Positions 9,250 through 19,637 of a stretch of DNA of 64,000 nucleotides are shown piece after piece. A model generated the notes under the pieces. That model made no database searches, was not told where the DNA came from, and saw only the letters and a list, made by a program, of their open reading frames with translations. The translations under genes were made by a program, and so were the position numbers. The first letter of the stretch is position 1; every line of letters begins with the position of its first letter. This DNA comes from a virus (Duplodnaviria; Caudoviricetes): positions 24,800-88,799 of the IMG/VR virus record IMGVR_UViG_3300016478_000063. One strand, written 5' to 3'.

Positions 9250-10202
9250 AAAAACTATTAGTTGTTGATGCGGATACGATATTACATGCTTCATCAGCCC
9301 AACAGCAGCTCAATAAATGTCTAGCTACAAACATTGAATACGGCTCACAACGTCTATTTGAATCTAAGACAGCCTTTAATGATTGGGCTAAGGAGAATAA
9401 CAGAGACAAAGCAAACTACTCATTTGAAACAGTATCAGAAATCAAACCAGATGCAGAACCACGATTTGCTTTTCAAGCGATCAAGCAGAAGGTGGACAAG
9501 ATTGTTGAAGCTGCTAAGTGTGATGATTATGTTCTCTGCATCGAAGGTGAAGGGAACTTTCGTAAAGACTTCAAGTCTAGGTTCGTAGACTACAAAGGAC
9601 AACGTAGTGAAAAACCAATTCTGTTTGAAGAATGCAGAGAGTTCTTTCTGAAGAAATACAAAAAGAAAGTGATCCTTTCTGAAGGGCGAGAAACTGACGA
9701 CACTTGTAACATCATGGCTTGGGAAAGCTACAACAAAGGTGTTAGTTCTAAGGATAAGAGTAAGTGTAATGTTGTTCTGGCATACTGTGATAAAGACCTA
9801 AAAGCCAACAGTCGTGGCTGGATGCTCAACTACAACAAGCTGGAAGAGGGAATCTTCTGGAATGATGCTTTCACACAGTCCTATAACTTTGCTACACAGC
9901 TTCTGATTGGAGACAGTGCAGATAACATTCCGGGCATTGAAAAGCTTTCCAAGATTACGAAAGAGCGATTCAATATCAAAGTGGAAGGTGTTGGCCCTGC
10001 TACGGCTAAGAAGATTCTTGCTGATTGCAAGACAGAAGTTGATTTAGCCAGTAGGGTGTATGAGTGCTATTCTGCAATGTATGGTGATGAAGAAGGTTGG
10101 GAAGAACGTCTGTATGAAAATGGATTCTTCTTGTATTTGCTTAGATATGAAAATGATAAGTGGGATTTGGATAGGTATCTGAGAGGGACAATTTATGAAT
10201 AA
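9246..10202 (+). CDS. 5'-3' exonuclease (FEN/T5 D15-like)
   Basis: LVVDADT, ETDD, DKDL and GDSADNIPG...VGPATA motifs. Confidence 0.85.
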   Translation: MKKLLVVDADTILHASSAQQQLNKCLATNIEYGSQRLFESKTAFNDWAKENNRDKANYSFETVSEIKPDAEPRFAFQAIKQKVDKIVEAAKCDDYVLCIEGEGNFRKDFKSRFVDYKGQRSEKPILFEECREFFLKKYKKKVILSEGRETDDTCNIMAWESYNKGVSSKDKSKCNVVLAYCDKDLKANSRGWMLNYNKLEEGIFWNDAFTQSYNFATQLLIGDSADNIPGIEKLSKITKERFNIKVEGVGPATAKKILADCKTEVDLASRVYECYSAMYGDEEGWEERLYENGFFLYLLRYENDKWDLDRYLRGTIYE

Positions 10203-10404
10203 GGTTGCAGGTTATTGCATTATTGACACAGAAACTGGTGAACGCTGGGGTGATCTTTATGAATCTCAAGCAGGTGCTAAGTCTAGTTTTAATAGTTGGG
10301 TAAAACAGCGAAACTATTACAGAGATAACGTGCAACCCAAGTTCAATGAGCAAACTCAGTATGTAATCAAACCAGTATGGTTGCTAGATGACAGTCCCAA
10401 CTAA
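10195..10404 (+). CDS. hypothetical protein
   Basis: 69 aa, overlapping starts and stops with neighbours. Confidence 0.5.
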   Translation: MNKVAGYCIIDTETGERWGDLYESQAGAKSSFNSWVKQRNYYRDNVQPKFNEQTQYVIKPVWLLDDSPN

Positions 10405-10969
10405 AGCAGACTTAGACAAACGAGAGAAGAAACTAAAAGAGTTCTTGAAAAATCTAGATCAATCTGGTAAAGGCAAGGAAGCCAAGATCATTGGAGTTGT
10501 TCGTAGTGCTATTCGCAGTGCTTGGCTAAAATCCGACACTAAGTTGGCCTATCTCTATATGAACACAATCCCAGATATGGATGATTCAACAAGAACTAAA
10601 TGGCTTTGGAAGTGTGAGATTTGTGGAGAACTATTTCAACTAAAAGACATTAACGTAGACCACAAGTGGGGCAACCATGCTTTCACAAAGCTTGAAGACT
10701 TCCCTAATTATTTCAAAAATATTCTTATGGTTGGGTTTGACGATCTTCAGATTCTGTGTAAGAATGACCATGATATCAAAACGCTGGGGGAGTCTATGGG
10801 AGTTTCTTTTGAGATTGCTTCTTATCACAAAATAGCGATTGATTTACAACGTAAAAAGCTTGATAAAGAATGGTTAGCATCTAAAGGTGTTGTTGCAGCT
10901 AAAACTAAAGATGCTCGACGTGAACAGATTGTTGAAATATTGAAAGAGGAGAAAGAGAATGTGGAGTAG
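10388..10969 (+). CDS. HNH/endonuclease VII-like nuclease (probable resident resolvase)
   Basis: KCEICG...VDHKWGNH...LQILCKNDHDIKT; located beside the exonuclease. Confidence 0.65.
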   Translation: MTVPTKADLDKREKKLKEFLKNLDQSGKGKEAKIIGVVRSAIRSAWLKSDTKLAYLYMNTIPDMDDSTRTKWLWKCEICGELFQLKDINVDHKWGNHAFTKLEDFPNYFKNILMVGFDDLQILCKNDHDIKTLGESMGVSFEIASYHKIAIDLQRKKLDKEWLASKGVVAAKTKDARREQIVEILKEEKENVE

Positions 10970-11038
10970 GTTTGAAAAATATATGATGTTTAGCATCGGG
11001 TATGGCGATTGGACTTCTGTAGGAATTGAGGTGATTCA

Positions 11039-11251
11039 ATGAGTTTAACAGACATTGACTTTTTAATCTTGAAAAAGAAACTTGATCTTCTGGAAGATAG
11101 ATTATTTTCTTTAGAGCAAGAGTATAATCGACTCAATTATTATACAGAGCAAGACATTAAGAAAAGCTCAAACTATGTACTTGAACAAGGGACGTTAGAT
11201 GATGCGGGAAGTGATCAAGTGTGGAAACGAAGTGAAGGAGGAGAGAAATGA
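11039..11251 (+). CDS. hypothetical protein
   Basis: 70 aa ORF with SD GAGG. Confidence 0.45.
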   Translation: MSLTDIDFLILKKKLDLLEDRLFSLEQEYNRLNYYTEQDIKKSSNYVLEQGTLDDAGSDQVWKRSEGGEK

Positions 11252-11312
11252 ACCACTATTTTGATTGGATGCTTTATGGGAAACTTGTAGAATCTGCTGT
11301 GTTTTCTGAGAT

Positions 11313-11549
11313 TTGGTTACGACAAGTGGGTTATTTCCTTTGAGTATTCTATCATTCAACAAGCCTAAGAAAACACGGCTACAAGAAATCTTGGAAGATG
11401 TTAATAAATATGAAGAAGTTGTGTTGAAAAGTGTTATGGATTTTCATACATACTCTCCATATCAGAAGCAAGAGCTATACAATTCTCTTGCACAGTTTAA
11501 CATCAGCATTCTGAAGCAGTTGGTTGCTTATAAACAAGAGGAGAATTGA
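11313..11549 (+). CDS. hypothetical protein
   Basis: 78 aa ORF, start uncertain. Confidence 0.35.
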   Translation: MVTTSGLFPLSILSFNKPKKTRLQEILEDVNKYEEVVLKSVMDFHTYSPYQKQELYNSLAQFNISILKQLVAYKQEEN

Positions 11550-12472
11550 TTTTGAATGATTGGCAACTAGAAGCACTAAAACTACGGGCGCTAGGTTGGA
11601 GTAGTCGTAAGATTGGGGACACCCTGAAGAAAGGTAAATCTACAGTCAATGATCTGTTTAAGCGTCTGGATTCAAAACCAGAAGTAACTCATTTTAATTT
11701 TCTTGGTAATCAAGAACAAAACAAAGCAAAGATTCTTGTTCTAGATATTGAAACTAAATACATGCTTATGGAAGGTTGGGGGCTGTTCAATCAGAACTTC
11801 TCTGTAGATCAGATTGCAGAAGATTGGAGTATTTTGTCTTATTCAGCTAAGTGGTATGATTCTGACGAAGTGATGTACTCTGACGTTACAGAGAAAACTG
11901 AGGATGGTTTGCTTCAAGAGCTACACGATCTTTTAGACAAAGCTGACTTTGCGATTGCCCACAACGGCAGACGCTTCGACTTGAAAAAGATTCGAGCGAG
12001 AATGGTTACTCGTGGATTCAAGCCTTACAGTCCCGTGCGTGTGATTGATACCCTTGAGATTGCTAAGACAGAGTTTGCCTTTACAAGTAACAAGCTTCTA
12101 TACCTAACTCGTTTGCTATGTCGTAAGCATCAGAAGTCAAGCCATGCTAAGTTTGCAGGCCATTCCTTGTGGAAAGAGTTTGTCAAGGGGAATCCTGAAG
12201 CGATTCAAGAGATGCGTGAATACAACATTATTGACGTTGTGTCTCTGCAAGAGCTTTACGATATTATCGCTCCGTGGAGTAGTAAACTGCCTGTGTTTGA
12301 GATGTACAATGATGAAATTAACCTTGACAACTGGGAACAAGATGGGTATCATTATTCTAATCTAGGCAAGTATGTTCGTTACCGTCATAAAGTCACTGGA
12401 CAATATCGACGTGGACGTACTAATCTTCTAGATAAAGATCAGAAGGTTAACCTGTTGGCTAATATTGTGTAA
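11546..12472 (+). CDS. DnaQ/RNase H-like exonuclease with N-terminal HTH
   Basis: ILVLDIET, AHNGRRFD and YNIIDV DEDD-type motifs; N-terminal LGWSSRKIGDTL HTH. Confidence 0.7.
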   Translation: MILNDWQLEALKLRALGWSSRKIGDTLKKGKSTVNDLFKRLDSKPEVTHFNFLGNQEQNKAKILVLDIETKYMLMEGWGLFNQNFSVDQIAEDWSILSYSAKWYDSDEVMYSDVTEKTEDGLLQELHDLLDKADFAIAHNGRRFDLKKIRARMVTRGFKPYSPVRVIDTLEIAKTEFAFTSNKLLYLTRLLCRKHQKSSHAKFAGHSLWKEFVKGNPEAIQEMREYNIIDVVSLQELYDIIAPWSSKLPVFEMYNDEINLDNWEQDGYHYSNLGKYVRYRHKVTGQYRRGRTNLLDKDQKVNLLANIV

Positions 12473-13061
12473 GGAGGAAGATATGGAAGAAGAACTAGAT
12501 GCTAATTTTGAATGCGACTATTCCCTTGAAATTGGCGATGTAGTGCTCATTCAAAATTCAGGGCACGGTTTTATCAAACGAGATGTTGGTAAATATGTTG
12601 AGGTGATTGGGGAAGGTAGCTACTTTGGTGAAGATGGTGTGATGGTGACAGCATACGATAAGCCGCTTGAAACTGTTGAATACGGAGATGTCGATGGTGT
12701 TGTAGGTTATGGCACCTTCGGTACTAAGCCAATGATTCTTCTGAATACCAATGAGGAGCATGTAGTAGACCCAGAGCATGTAGCTGTAGCTAAGGGAAGT
12801 AAGGAAGAAGTAGACAAGGCTCTGGGGATTGATAGACTAGTACATAAACCAAAACACTACTCCCTTTTTGAAGATGTAGAAGCGATTGAAGTGATTGCTC
12901 GTAGCCTCACTAAAGAACAGTTCCGTGGGTATTGCTTTGGCAATCTGCTCAAATATCGGCTTCGTTGCGGTAAAAAGGATAGTGTAGAGCAGGAGTTGGC
13001 TAAGGCTGATAAGTATAAGGAGTTATACGAAAAGTATAAAGGTCTTTGTCACAATGAATAA
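12465..13061 (+). CDS. DUF3310 (SaV-like) domain protein
   Basis: C-terminal VHKPKHY...GYCFGNLLKYRLRCGKK...ELAKADKY. Confidence 0.7.
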   Translation: MCKEEDMEEELDANFECDYSLEIGDVVLIQNSGHGFIKRDVGKYVEVIGEGSYFGEDGVMVTAYDKPLETVEYGDVDGVVGYGTFGTKPMILLNTNEEHVVDPEHVAVAKGSKEEVDKALGIDRLVHKPKHYSLFEDVEAIEVIARSLTKEQFRGYCFGNLLKYRLRCGKKDSVEQELAKADKYKELYEKYKGLCHNE

Positions 13062-13578
13062 GATTGTTGCAATAGATGTTGATGAAACAGTGGTGGATGT
13101 ACTTCCGGTCTGGAATAGGTGGTGTTCAGCATTCTTTGGTAAGATTTACATCGGAGATGAATATGACCTCTGTAAGATTTATGGGGAGGAGGCTATGACA
13201 TTCTGGTCTACTCCTTTCCTATACCAGAAGTTGACACCAAAGCCTGATGCTGTAGAATACATAACTAAACTTCACAACGAAGGATTTGAAATTGGGTTTG
13301 TCACTTACTGCAAGAAGGCCCACTTGTCTTCCAAATGTAAGATGATTAAGAAGTATTTTCCCTTCTACAAATTCATCCAAGCAACAAAAGAGAAGCATTA
13401 TACAAGGTGCGATTATTTTATTGATGATCGTATCAAGTACCTGTTTAAACAACCAGAAAATGTTAAGTGTATTAGGATTGACACACCGTATACACAAGAC
13501 TATTATGAAACCGAAAGGGAGATTCTGGTAGCAAAAGATTGGAAAGAAATTTACAATATTATTAAGGAGACAAAGTGA
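13054..13578 (+). CDS. HAD-family 5'(3')-deoxyribonucleotidase
   Basis: AIDVDETVVD motif I and FIDD motif IV. Confidence 0.75.
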   Translation: MNKIVAIDVDETVVDVLPVWNRWCSAFFGKIYIGDEYDLCKIYGEEAMTFWSTPFLYQKLTPKPDAVEYITKLHNEGFEIGFVTYCKKAHLSSKCKMIKKYFPFYKFIQATKEKHYTRCDYFIDDRIKYLFKQPENVKCIRIDTPYTQDYYETEREILVAKDWKEIYNIIKETK

Positions 13579-14051
13579 GTAAAGAAAGTGTAAAGCGTTT
13601 TAATTGTGTAGCCGGTAATCCACCCTCTCAAGGCGATCTTTGGGAAGTATGGAAACAACTGAAAATGCAAGCAAAACTTATTCGTGAAGAGGGACTTGAG
13701 ATTTTTGAAGCTACAGAAAATGAAGACTTTGAAAATCTAATCAAGGAAACAATGGATGTTAAATATGTCCTCACTTACATGGAACAACTGCTTGAAGCAT
13801 TTGGTGTAAATGTTGTTGAAGCATTCAATCAAGTGTGTAACAATAATGACCAGAAACTGACACAAAGTTATCTGTACGCTTCTGATAGCAAAGAAGCTCT
13901 TGAAGATAAAGGAATCACTTGCTATGTAGAAGAAACCAATTATAATGGTGAAACGTGGTACACAGTGCGAGACGACAGCGGTAAAGTTCGTAAACTAAAG
14001 CATTACCAGTCTTGTGATCTGTCCCATCTTGTACCGCAAGAATTCCGTTAG
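13575..14051 (+). CDS. MazG-like NTP pyrophosphohydrolase
   Basis: LIREEGLE...KETMDVKYV...NNNDQK helical pattern. Confidence 0.55.
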   Translation: MSKESVKRFNCVAGNPPSQGDLWEVWKQLKMQAKLIREEGLEIFEATENEDFENLIKETMDVKYVLTYMEQLLEAFGVNVVEAFNQVCNNNDQKLTQSYLYASDSKEALEDKGITCYVEETNYNGETWYTVRDDSGKVRKLKHYQSCDLSHLVPQEFR

Positions 14052-14068
14052 TTTGTAAGGAGGAAAGA

Positions 14069-14251
14069 ATGCTAACAGGTATCGTGCCTACAGGACGCAC
14101 CAAAGAAGATTGGCGTCCTTACATTAAAACAGAGCGTGACTTCAAGTTGGCAGTAGACAGTGGGTTGGCTTGGGTGGTGTTCAAAGACTTCCCTTTTAGC
14201 TGGGCAGATTGTAAGAAAATCATTGAAGAGGAGAAAGAGAAAAGTGAGTAA
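14069..14251 (+). CDS. hypothetical protein
   Basis: SD AGGAGG; 60 aa. Confidence 0.5.
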   Translation: MLTGIVPTGRTKEDWRPYIKTERDFKLAVDSGLAWVVFKDFPFSWADCKKIIEEEKEKSE

Positions 14252-14341
14252 AGAGTTTGGTGTACGTTCTCTACCAACAAGCCTTATCGTTAGTATGGTT
14301 GTTGGGGATAAATATAAAGAAATTAAGGAGGCTTTGGAATA

Positions 14342-15214
14342 ATGGGTATTAGTGCAAAAGTTATCGCTGACAGTAAATATCGTGATACACGACTGATTAC
14401 TCTGGAGATTGAGCTACACCGCTTCATTCTTCCTGAAGCAAACACTCACAAAGCTCTTAGCCGTAATTATCAAAGCAGCCGAGCGATTCCGATTCTTCGT
14501 CAGCTAGAGCAGATTGCAAATGATCCAGCTATGCCCGTATATTATGGGAAAGATCAAGCAGGAATGATTGCAGGTGAAGAACTGGAAGGTCGTGATCTTG
14601 AGCTTGCGAAGATGATTATTCTTGGTATGCGTGACGCCTGCTTGAACGGGGTTAAGCAGCTTCATAAGCTTGGTCTGCACAAGCAAGTGAGTAATCGCTA
14701 TGTTGAACCTTGGATGTGGACGAAAGGTGTTATTACAGCTACACACGAACACTTTAAAGCTATGTTCAGGCTCCGCAGACACTTTGCAGCACAACCAGAG
14801 ATTAAAGCTATTTTTGATGCAATTTACGAAGCTGTTAAAGCAAGTAAGCCTGTAGAACTTAAAGCTGGTGAATGGCATACCCCTTATTATGATCTAGGGT
14901 TTTGGCTTAAGGATTCTATTTACACAAAGAATGCACTAAAAGAGGCAATTCAAATCAGTGCGAGCTGTGTAGCACAAGTGAGCTACCGCAAGCTAGACGA
15001 TTCTCTTGAGAAAGCTACAAAGGTTTATGATATGCTAAATCTTCCTGTAGATGGTGTATATCCCGATGATCCTCCACATTTTAGCCCAACAGAGCATATT
15101 GCTAAAGCTGGTGATTGTGACATTGAAATGAGTGGTAACTTCCACAGTAATGACTTTATTCAGTACCGTAAGGTGCTTGAGAAAGGTCTTGAGAAAAAGT
15201 ATATTGGAGGGTAG
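14342..15214 (+). CDS. thyX: flavin-dependent thymidylate synthase
   Basis: ELHRFI..EANTHKALSRNYQSSRAIP ThyX motif; FRLRRHFAAQPEI. Confidence 0.85.
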   Translation: MGISAKVIADSKYRDTRLITLEIELHRFILPEANTHKALSRNYQSSRAIPILRQLEQIANDPAMPVYYGKDQAGMIAGEELEGRDLELAKMIILGMRDACLNGVKQLHKLGLHKQVSNRYVEPWMWTKGVITATHEHFKAMFRLRRHFAAQPEIKAIFDAIYEAVKASKPVELKAGEWHTPYYDLGFWLKDSIYTKNALKEAIQISASCVAQVSYRKLDDSLEKATKVYDMLNLPVDGVYPDDPPHFSPTEHIAKAGDCDIEMSGNFHSNDFIQYRKVLEKGLEKKYIGG

Positions 15215-15215
15215 T

Positions 15216-15398
15216 ATGATTACAAATGAACGGAAAGGTGAGCTGATGGCTGAGTTTGAGTACAGTGTTAATCGCTACCTAGACAAACAGTGGGTTATTT
15301 CCGACATAATTTCTAATATTGCCGAGGACGAAGAGGAAACTCGTTTCATGAACAATCTGAATTATTATTTCGCTGTACTTTTGCCGGAGGAGAACTAA
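15216..15398 (+). CDS. hypothetical protein
   Basis: ATG 15216 after GGAGG. Confidence 0.45.
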   Translation: MITNERKGELMAEFEYSVNRYLDKQWVISDIISNIAEDEEETRFMNNLNYYFAVLLPEEN

Positions 15399-15399
15399 A

Positions 15400-15570
15400 A
15401 TGTACGACAAATCGGCATGGTTGTTTGATCTTCACAACATGTTTAAAGTTAGAGATAAACTCACTAGTGAGCAATCTTATCGTCGTATTATTGATGGCAT
15501 CCTAGAGTTTGAAGAGATTTTTGATGAAGGGCTTTCGGCACAAGAGGCTTATGATGAGTTTTGGAATTAA
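15400..15570 (+). CDS. small hypothetical protein (not in ORF track)
   Basis: MYDKSAWLFDLHNMF...YDEFWN, 56 aa, SD GGAGGAG. Confidence 0.5.
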   Translation: MYDKSAWLFDLHNMFKVRDKLTSEQSYRRIIDGILEFEEIFDEGLSAQEAYDEFWN

Positions 15571-15580
15571 GGAGTAAAAT

Positions 15581-15982
15581 ATGACACCAAGGAATCTAAG
15601 TTTCCGGGATTTGGCGAAAGTGCCAAACGCTGTAAAAATTATGCAAAATGGTAACAAAGATGAGCTTGATAATCTTCTGTATCAGTATGGTTATGATGTT
15701 CGTGTTGGATACGAGATTGAAAATAAATACCATCGCCCTCTGACAAGCAACGAAGTTGTATTTGGGCCTTATATTATGGGGTTTGAGCGTCAAGATAAAG
15801 AGTGGATTGAAAGTGGATTTGCCAGCCTTGAAGCTAAGATTGAAGCTATTAAAGACCCCCATCTTCGGGAGGATTTGGTTCAGATGAATCGTACAGGCAG
15901 CAGTGATAAGACATTCCAAAATGAAGACACAGCAAAGGCTGTTCTTCGTAACGAAACAAGTAAGCACCAGAAAACGCAATAA
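15581..15982 (+). CDS. hypothetical protein
   Basis: SD AAGGAG; 133 aa. Confidence 0.6.
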   Translation: MTPRNLSFRDLAKVPNAVKIMQNGNKDELDNLLYQYGYDVRVGYEIENKYHRPLTSNEVVFGPYIMGFERQDKEWIESGFASLEAKIEAIKDPHLREDLVQMNRTGSSDKTFQNEDTAKAVLRNETSKHQKTQ

Positions 15983-15999
15983 GAAAGAGGAGACAGAAA

Positions 16000-18180
16000 T
16001 TGCTATCAAGTGTAGTTAAAAATGATGGAACGGTTGAAGATTTTAGTGCAGAAAAACTAAATAAGTGGGCGCAGTATGCAACTAAGACTGGAGGCAACTG
16101 GTCTGAAATTGCGATGGAGACTTACAAACGTCTTCCACAAATAGCTAAAGCGTCTGATATTCATCAAATGATGATTAACGTCTGTCTGGATAAAGAAGAT
16201 ATTAACTATTCTCGTATTGCAGCCCGCTTGGAACAAGCCAGTCTGCGTAAAAATATGGAGAGGCTTCTCGGTGTAAGTGATCGTGGAAGTTTTAAGGATA
16301 TTTTTAACGCGATGATTGAATCTGGGATTTGGTGTAAAAACACCCTTCCAGAGTATAACCCAGAGTGGGAAAAGTGGTATGAGGTTATCTACCCAACTAA
16401 GCTTGAGTATTGGCAGATCGTTCAGTGGGGTGATAAGTATTCTCTGCGGTATAAAGGGCTACCGATTGAAACCCCTCACGTTGGGGTGATGGGGATTGGT
16501 CTTGGTTTGCACGGAGACACCAAAGATGCTCGTGATCTGATTGAAGCTGTAATTACAGGGAAGGTAAATCTACCCACGCCAGCCCTTAATGGGATACGTA
16601 ACGGAGATTTTGATACCATTAGTTGTTGTATTATCACAGGAGGGGATTCTGTAGACAGCATTGGTGTGGCAGAACACATTGCTTATAAGATGACTGCAAA
16701 GAAAGCCGGTATTGGAATTGAGTTTGATACTCGGTCTAAGGGTTCTCCCGTTAAAGGTGGTGCCGTGGATCATCTTGGTAAGCACAGCATCTACAGCACC
16801 CTAGACAAAGCAGTAAAGATGTTCACGCAAGTAACGAGGGGTGGGAGTGCTACTGTTACTTTCAAGTGTATTGATCCTGAAGTTGAAAGTATTGTTATGT
16901 GGAAAACCCAACGTGTAGATATTGAAACTCGTTTGGATAAGATGGACTACAGCTTTGCTTACAACAACGCTTTCCTCCAAGCTGTTATCAAGGACGAAGA
17001 TTGGTATTTGTTTGATTTAATTGAAAGTCCAAAAATTCATGAGGCTTTCTACACAGCCAAGGCAGAAGAATATAATGCTTTGGTGAAACATGAACTACAA
17101 TCAGGTAAAAAGAGCAAGAAGGTAAAGGCTCGTGATGTTCTGCGTAGTGTGTTGATTGCCCGAAACGAAACAGGCCGTGTTTACTCCATTAACGTAACTC
17201 GTGTGAATGAACATACTCCATTTATTGACATTGTGCGTCTGTCAAATTTATGTCAGGAAGTGACGCTGCCAACAAAACCTTACGTCAATATGCCGGATTT
17301 GTATTCTGAGCAAAGCGAGGGAGAGACAGCTTTTTGTAGTTTAGCTGCCTGTAACGTAGGGAAGCTGGAGCTAACTGAATATCCACATTATACTGAAGTG
17401 GCTCTTAGGGCTGTGGATAAGATGATTGATCTTGCTCCTGCGATGACACCTTCAATGAAGAAGTCAATCACATCCCGGCGATCTGCTGGTATTGGTATTA
17501 TGGGTTTGGCCGGGGCTTTGTACAATAATGGGATGGATTATGATGGGTCAGAGGAGAGCTTGGCGTTTGTAAGTAAAATTGCAGAACACCACTACTTCTA
17601 CTTGCTCAAGGCTTCACAAAAGCTTGCTGATGAAAGTGGGTACTGTCCTGAAGGTATTGATTTAAACTGGCTTCCTATTGACACACGGATCAATAAATAT
17701 AGCCTGACTCTGGACTGGGAATCCCTACGGGGTAAGAAACGCAAGAACTCTGTGCTTGTTGCTCACATGCCAACAGAATCCAGTGCTCTGTTTTCTGACG
17801 GTGCTAACTCTTTGTACCCACCACGTCAAGCGGTGATTAACAAGAAGTCCCGTAAAGGTGTTGTGCAATATATTTGTAAGGAGTGGGATAGCAGCAAGAA
17901 GTTTGCTTGGGATGTTGACAACGTAACACTAAGTCGTTATTATTCTGCCGTACAGGATATGACAGATCAAGCAATCAGTGCTGACTACTACTTTGATCCT
18001 AGCAAGTATGCAGATGAAAAGAAGCCTCTGAGTGAACTCATGAAGGAGTGGGTGGCTCAGGCCAAGTTAGGTAACAAAACGATGTACTACATGAACACAC
18101 GTGACTACAATGGTGGTGGTGTTCAAGATGCAATGAAGGCCGAACAATCTGTTGATGATTGCGAAGCTTGTAAGCTTTAA
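16000..18180 (+). CDS. nrdA: ribonucleotide reductase class Ia alpha subunit
   Basis: ATP-cone-like N-terminus; NLPTP, ISCC and SNLCQE; PTESS; C-terminal CEACKL; uninterrupted. Confidence 0.92.
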   Translation: MLSSVVKNDGTVEDFSAEKLNKWAQYATKTGGNWSEIAMETYKRLPQIAKASDIHQMMINVCLDKEDINYSRIAARLEQASLRKNMERLLGVSDRGSFKDIFNAMIESGIWCKNTLPEYNPEWEKWYEVIYPTKLEYWQIVQWGDKYSLRYKGLPIETPHVGVMGIGLGLHGDTKDARDLIEAVITGKVNLPTPALNGIRNGDFDTISCCIITGGDSVDSIGVAEHIAYKMTAKKAGIGIEFDTRSKGSPVKGGAVDHLGKHSIYSTLDKAVKMFTQVTRGGSATVTFKCIDPEVESIVMWKTQRVDIETRLDKMDYSFAYNNAFLQAVIKDEDWYLFDLIESPKIHEAFYTAKAEEYNALVKHELQSGKKSKKVKARDVLRSVLIARNETGRVYSINVTRVNEHTPFIDIVRLSNLCQEVTLPTKPYVNMPDLYSEQSEGETAFCSLAACNVGKLELTEYPHYTEVALRAVDKMIDLAPAMTPSMKKSITSRRSAGIGIMGLAGALYNNGMDYDGSEESLAFVSKIAEHHYFYLLKASQKLADESGYCPEGIDLNWLPIDTRINKYSLTLDWESLRGKKRKNSVLVAHMPTESSALFSDGANSLYPPRQAVINKKSRKGVVQYICKEWDSSKKFAWDVDNVTLSRYYSAVQDMTDQAISADYYFDPSKYADEKKPLSELMKEWVAQAKLGNKTMYYMNTRDYNGGGVQDAMKAEQSVDDCEACKL

Positions 18181-18187
18181 TCTTAAC

Positions 18188-18212
18188 GGGGGCTGAAATA
18201 TGCCCCTTTCTT
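18188..18212 (+). terminator. hairpin/terminator between nrdA and nrdB
   Basis: GGGGC/GCCCC stem followed by TTTCTT. Confidence 0.5.
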
Positions 18213-18222
18213 AATAAAGGAG

Positions 18223-19302
18223 ATGTTTATGGCAGTATTTAATCCGAACAACAAAGGTTATGAAACAAGCAAGTATCCCCTATTTCTTGGGGAAGATTTG
18301 GGACTGTTTGATACAGTTAATTGCGTATACCCAGTGCTTGAAGATTTGTATCAAAAACAAATAAGTCAGATTTGGAACGAGAATGAAATCTCGCTTGTAC
18401 AAGATAAGCAAGACATGCTAACTTTGCCGAAAGATACTGTTGATCTGATGGTGAAGACAATCTCATGGCAACACCTTGCTGATTCAGTAGCATCTAAATC
18501 TATCTCAGGACTTTTGATGCGCTATGTAAGCAACTCAGAGCTTGAGGGGCTGTTGAACTCTTGGTCGTTTTTTGAAACTATCCACGCTCGTGCTTACAGT
18601 CACATTGTAAAGCAAACCTTTGTAAATCCCAATCAAATGCTGCGAGACACTTATAACAGTGTAGAAACTATTATTCGTAGCGAAGCTATTGTTGCGGCAT
18701 TTAATAACCTTGAACAGCTGCCCGTTAATGCAAGCAAAGAGGATAAGCGGGAAGCTATTGCGTTGGCCTTTACAGCCTTGTTTGCACTTGAAGCTATTGC
18801 ATTCATGAGTAGTTTTGCTGTTACGTTCGCAATCACTGAGACTGGCGCATTTCAGGGGATTGGTCAGGAAGTCACTCTTATCGCAAGGGATGAGCTTTTA
18901 CATACTCGCATGGACTACGCTATTCTTAACATTTTAAAGCAAGACCTAGAGTGGGTAGATTCTTTTACTAAACTTGCACCTAATATCAAGACGGTATTGG
19001 ACAGCGTAGTAAATCAGGAACTTAAATGGGCAGAATACCTTTTTAGCGAGGGTCGTCAAGTAATCGGACTAACTTCTACTCTTCTTAAAGAGTATACACT
19101 GTACATGGCCAAGCCTCTTTATGATGCCCTTGGTATTCAATTTGATTTTGAATCCGTAACAAAGAATCCTTGTCCTTACATGGATAAGTATATTGACAGC
19201 ACTAAAATCCAAGTAGCACCACAAGAACTGCAAATTACATCTTATAAGATTGGTTCTGTTAAAGATGATACAGAAAACCTCGATCTTGATTTTGATCTAT
19301 AG
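18223..19302 (+). CDS. nrdB: ribonucleotide reductase class Ia beta subunit
   Basis: DSVAS, ETIHARAYS, EAIAFMSSF, RDELLH and QVAPQE motifs. Confidence 0.92.
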   Translation: MFMAVFNPNNKGYETSKYPLFLGEDLGLFDTVNCVYPVLEDLYQKQISQIWNENEISLVQDKQDMLTLPKDTVDLMVKTISWQHLADSVASKSISGLLMRYVSNSELEGLLNSWSFFETIHARAYSHIVKQTFVNPNQMLRDTYNSVETIIRSEAIVAAFNNLEQLPVNASKEDKREAIALAFTALFALEAIAFMSSFAVTFAITETGAFQGIGQEVTLIARDELLHTRMDYAILNILKQDLEWVDSFTKLAPNIKTVLDSVVNQELKWAEYLFSEGRQVIGLTSTLLKEYTLYMAKPLYDALGIQFDFESVTKNPCPYMDKYIDSTKIQVAPQELQITSYKIGSVKDDTENLDLDFDL

Positions 19303-19307
19303 GGGCA

Positions 19308-19571
19308 ATGATGAGTTTTATTATCTACAGTAAAGACAACTGCACATACTGCGTGCAAGCAAAGAACCTCCTTTCACAAAAAGGGTTGATGTTTGAAGAG
19401 ATGAAAATAGGGCAAGATATTTCACGGGACGACTTCTTCTTGCTATACCAAGAACGTGACTTGCCGGTTCCTCGTACAGTACCTCAAATCTTTTTTGAAG
19501 ATGAGAACGGTGTAACGTATGTTGGTGGGTTTGATCAACTGAAGAAATATTTGCTTGACAAGACAACCTGA
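19308..19571 (+). CDS. glutaredoxin
   Basis: CTYC active site; RTVPQIF; YVGGF. Confidence 0.88.
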   Translation: MMSFIIYSKDNCTYCVQAKNLLSQKGLMFEEMKIGQDISRDDFFLLYQERDLPVPRTVPQIFFEDENGVTYVGGFDQLKKYLLDKTT

Positions 19572-19637
19572 CTAACCTATTCTGACCCCACTAGCGCAGG
19601 AATGTGTTGGTGGGGCTTTTCTTTATCTGGAGGGTTC

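Noticed and set aside
3630-18180. Introns or inteins in the DNA polymerase, nrdA or thyX
   Set aside because: Continuous ORFs of normal size with all motifs in order; no GAACATAAACG-type intron ends.
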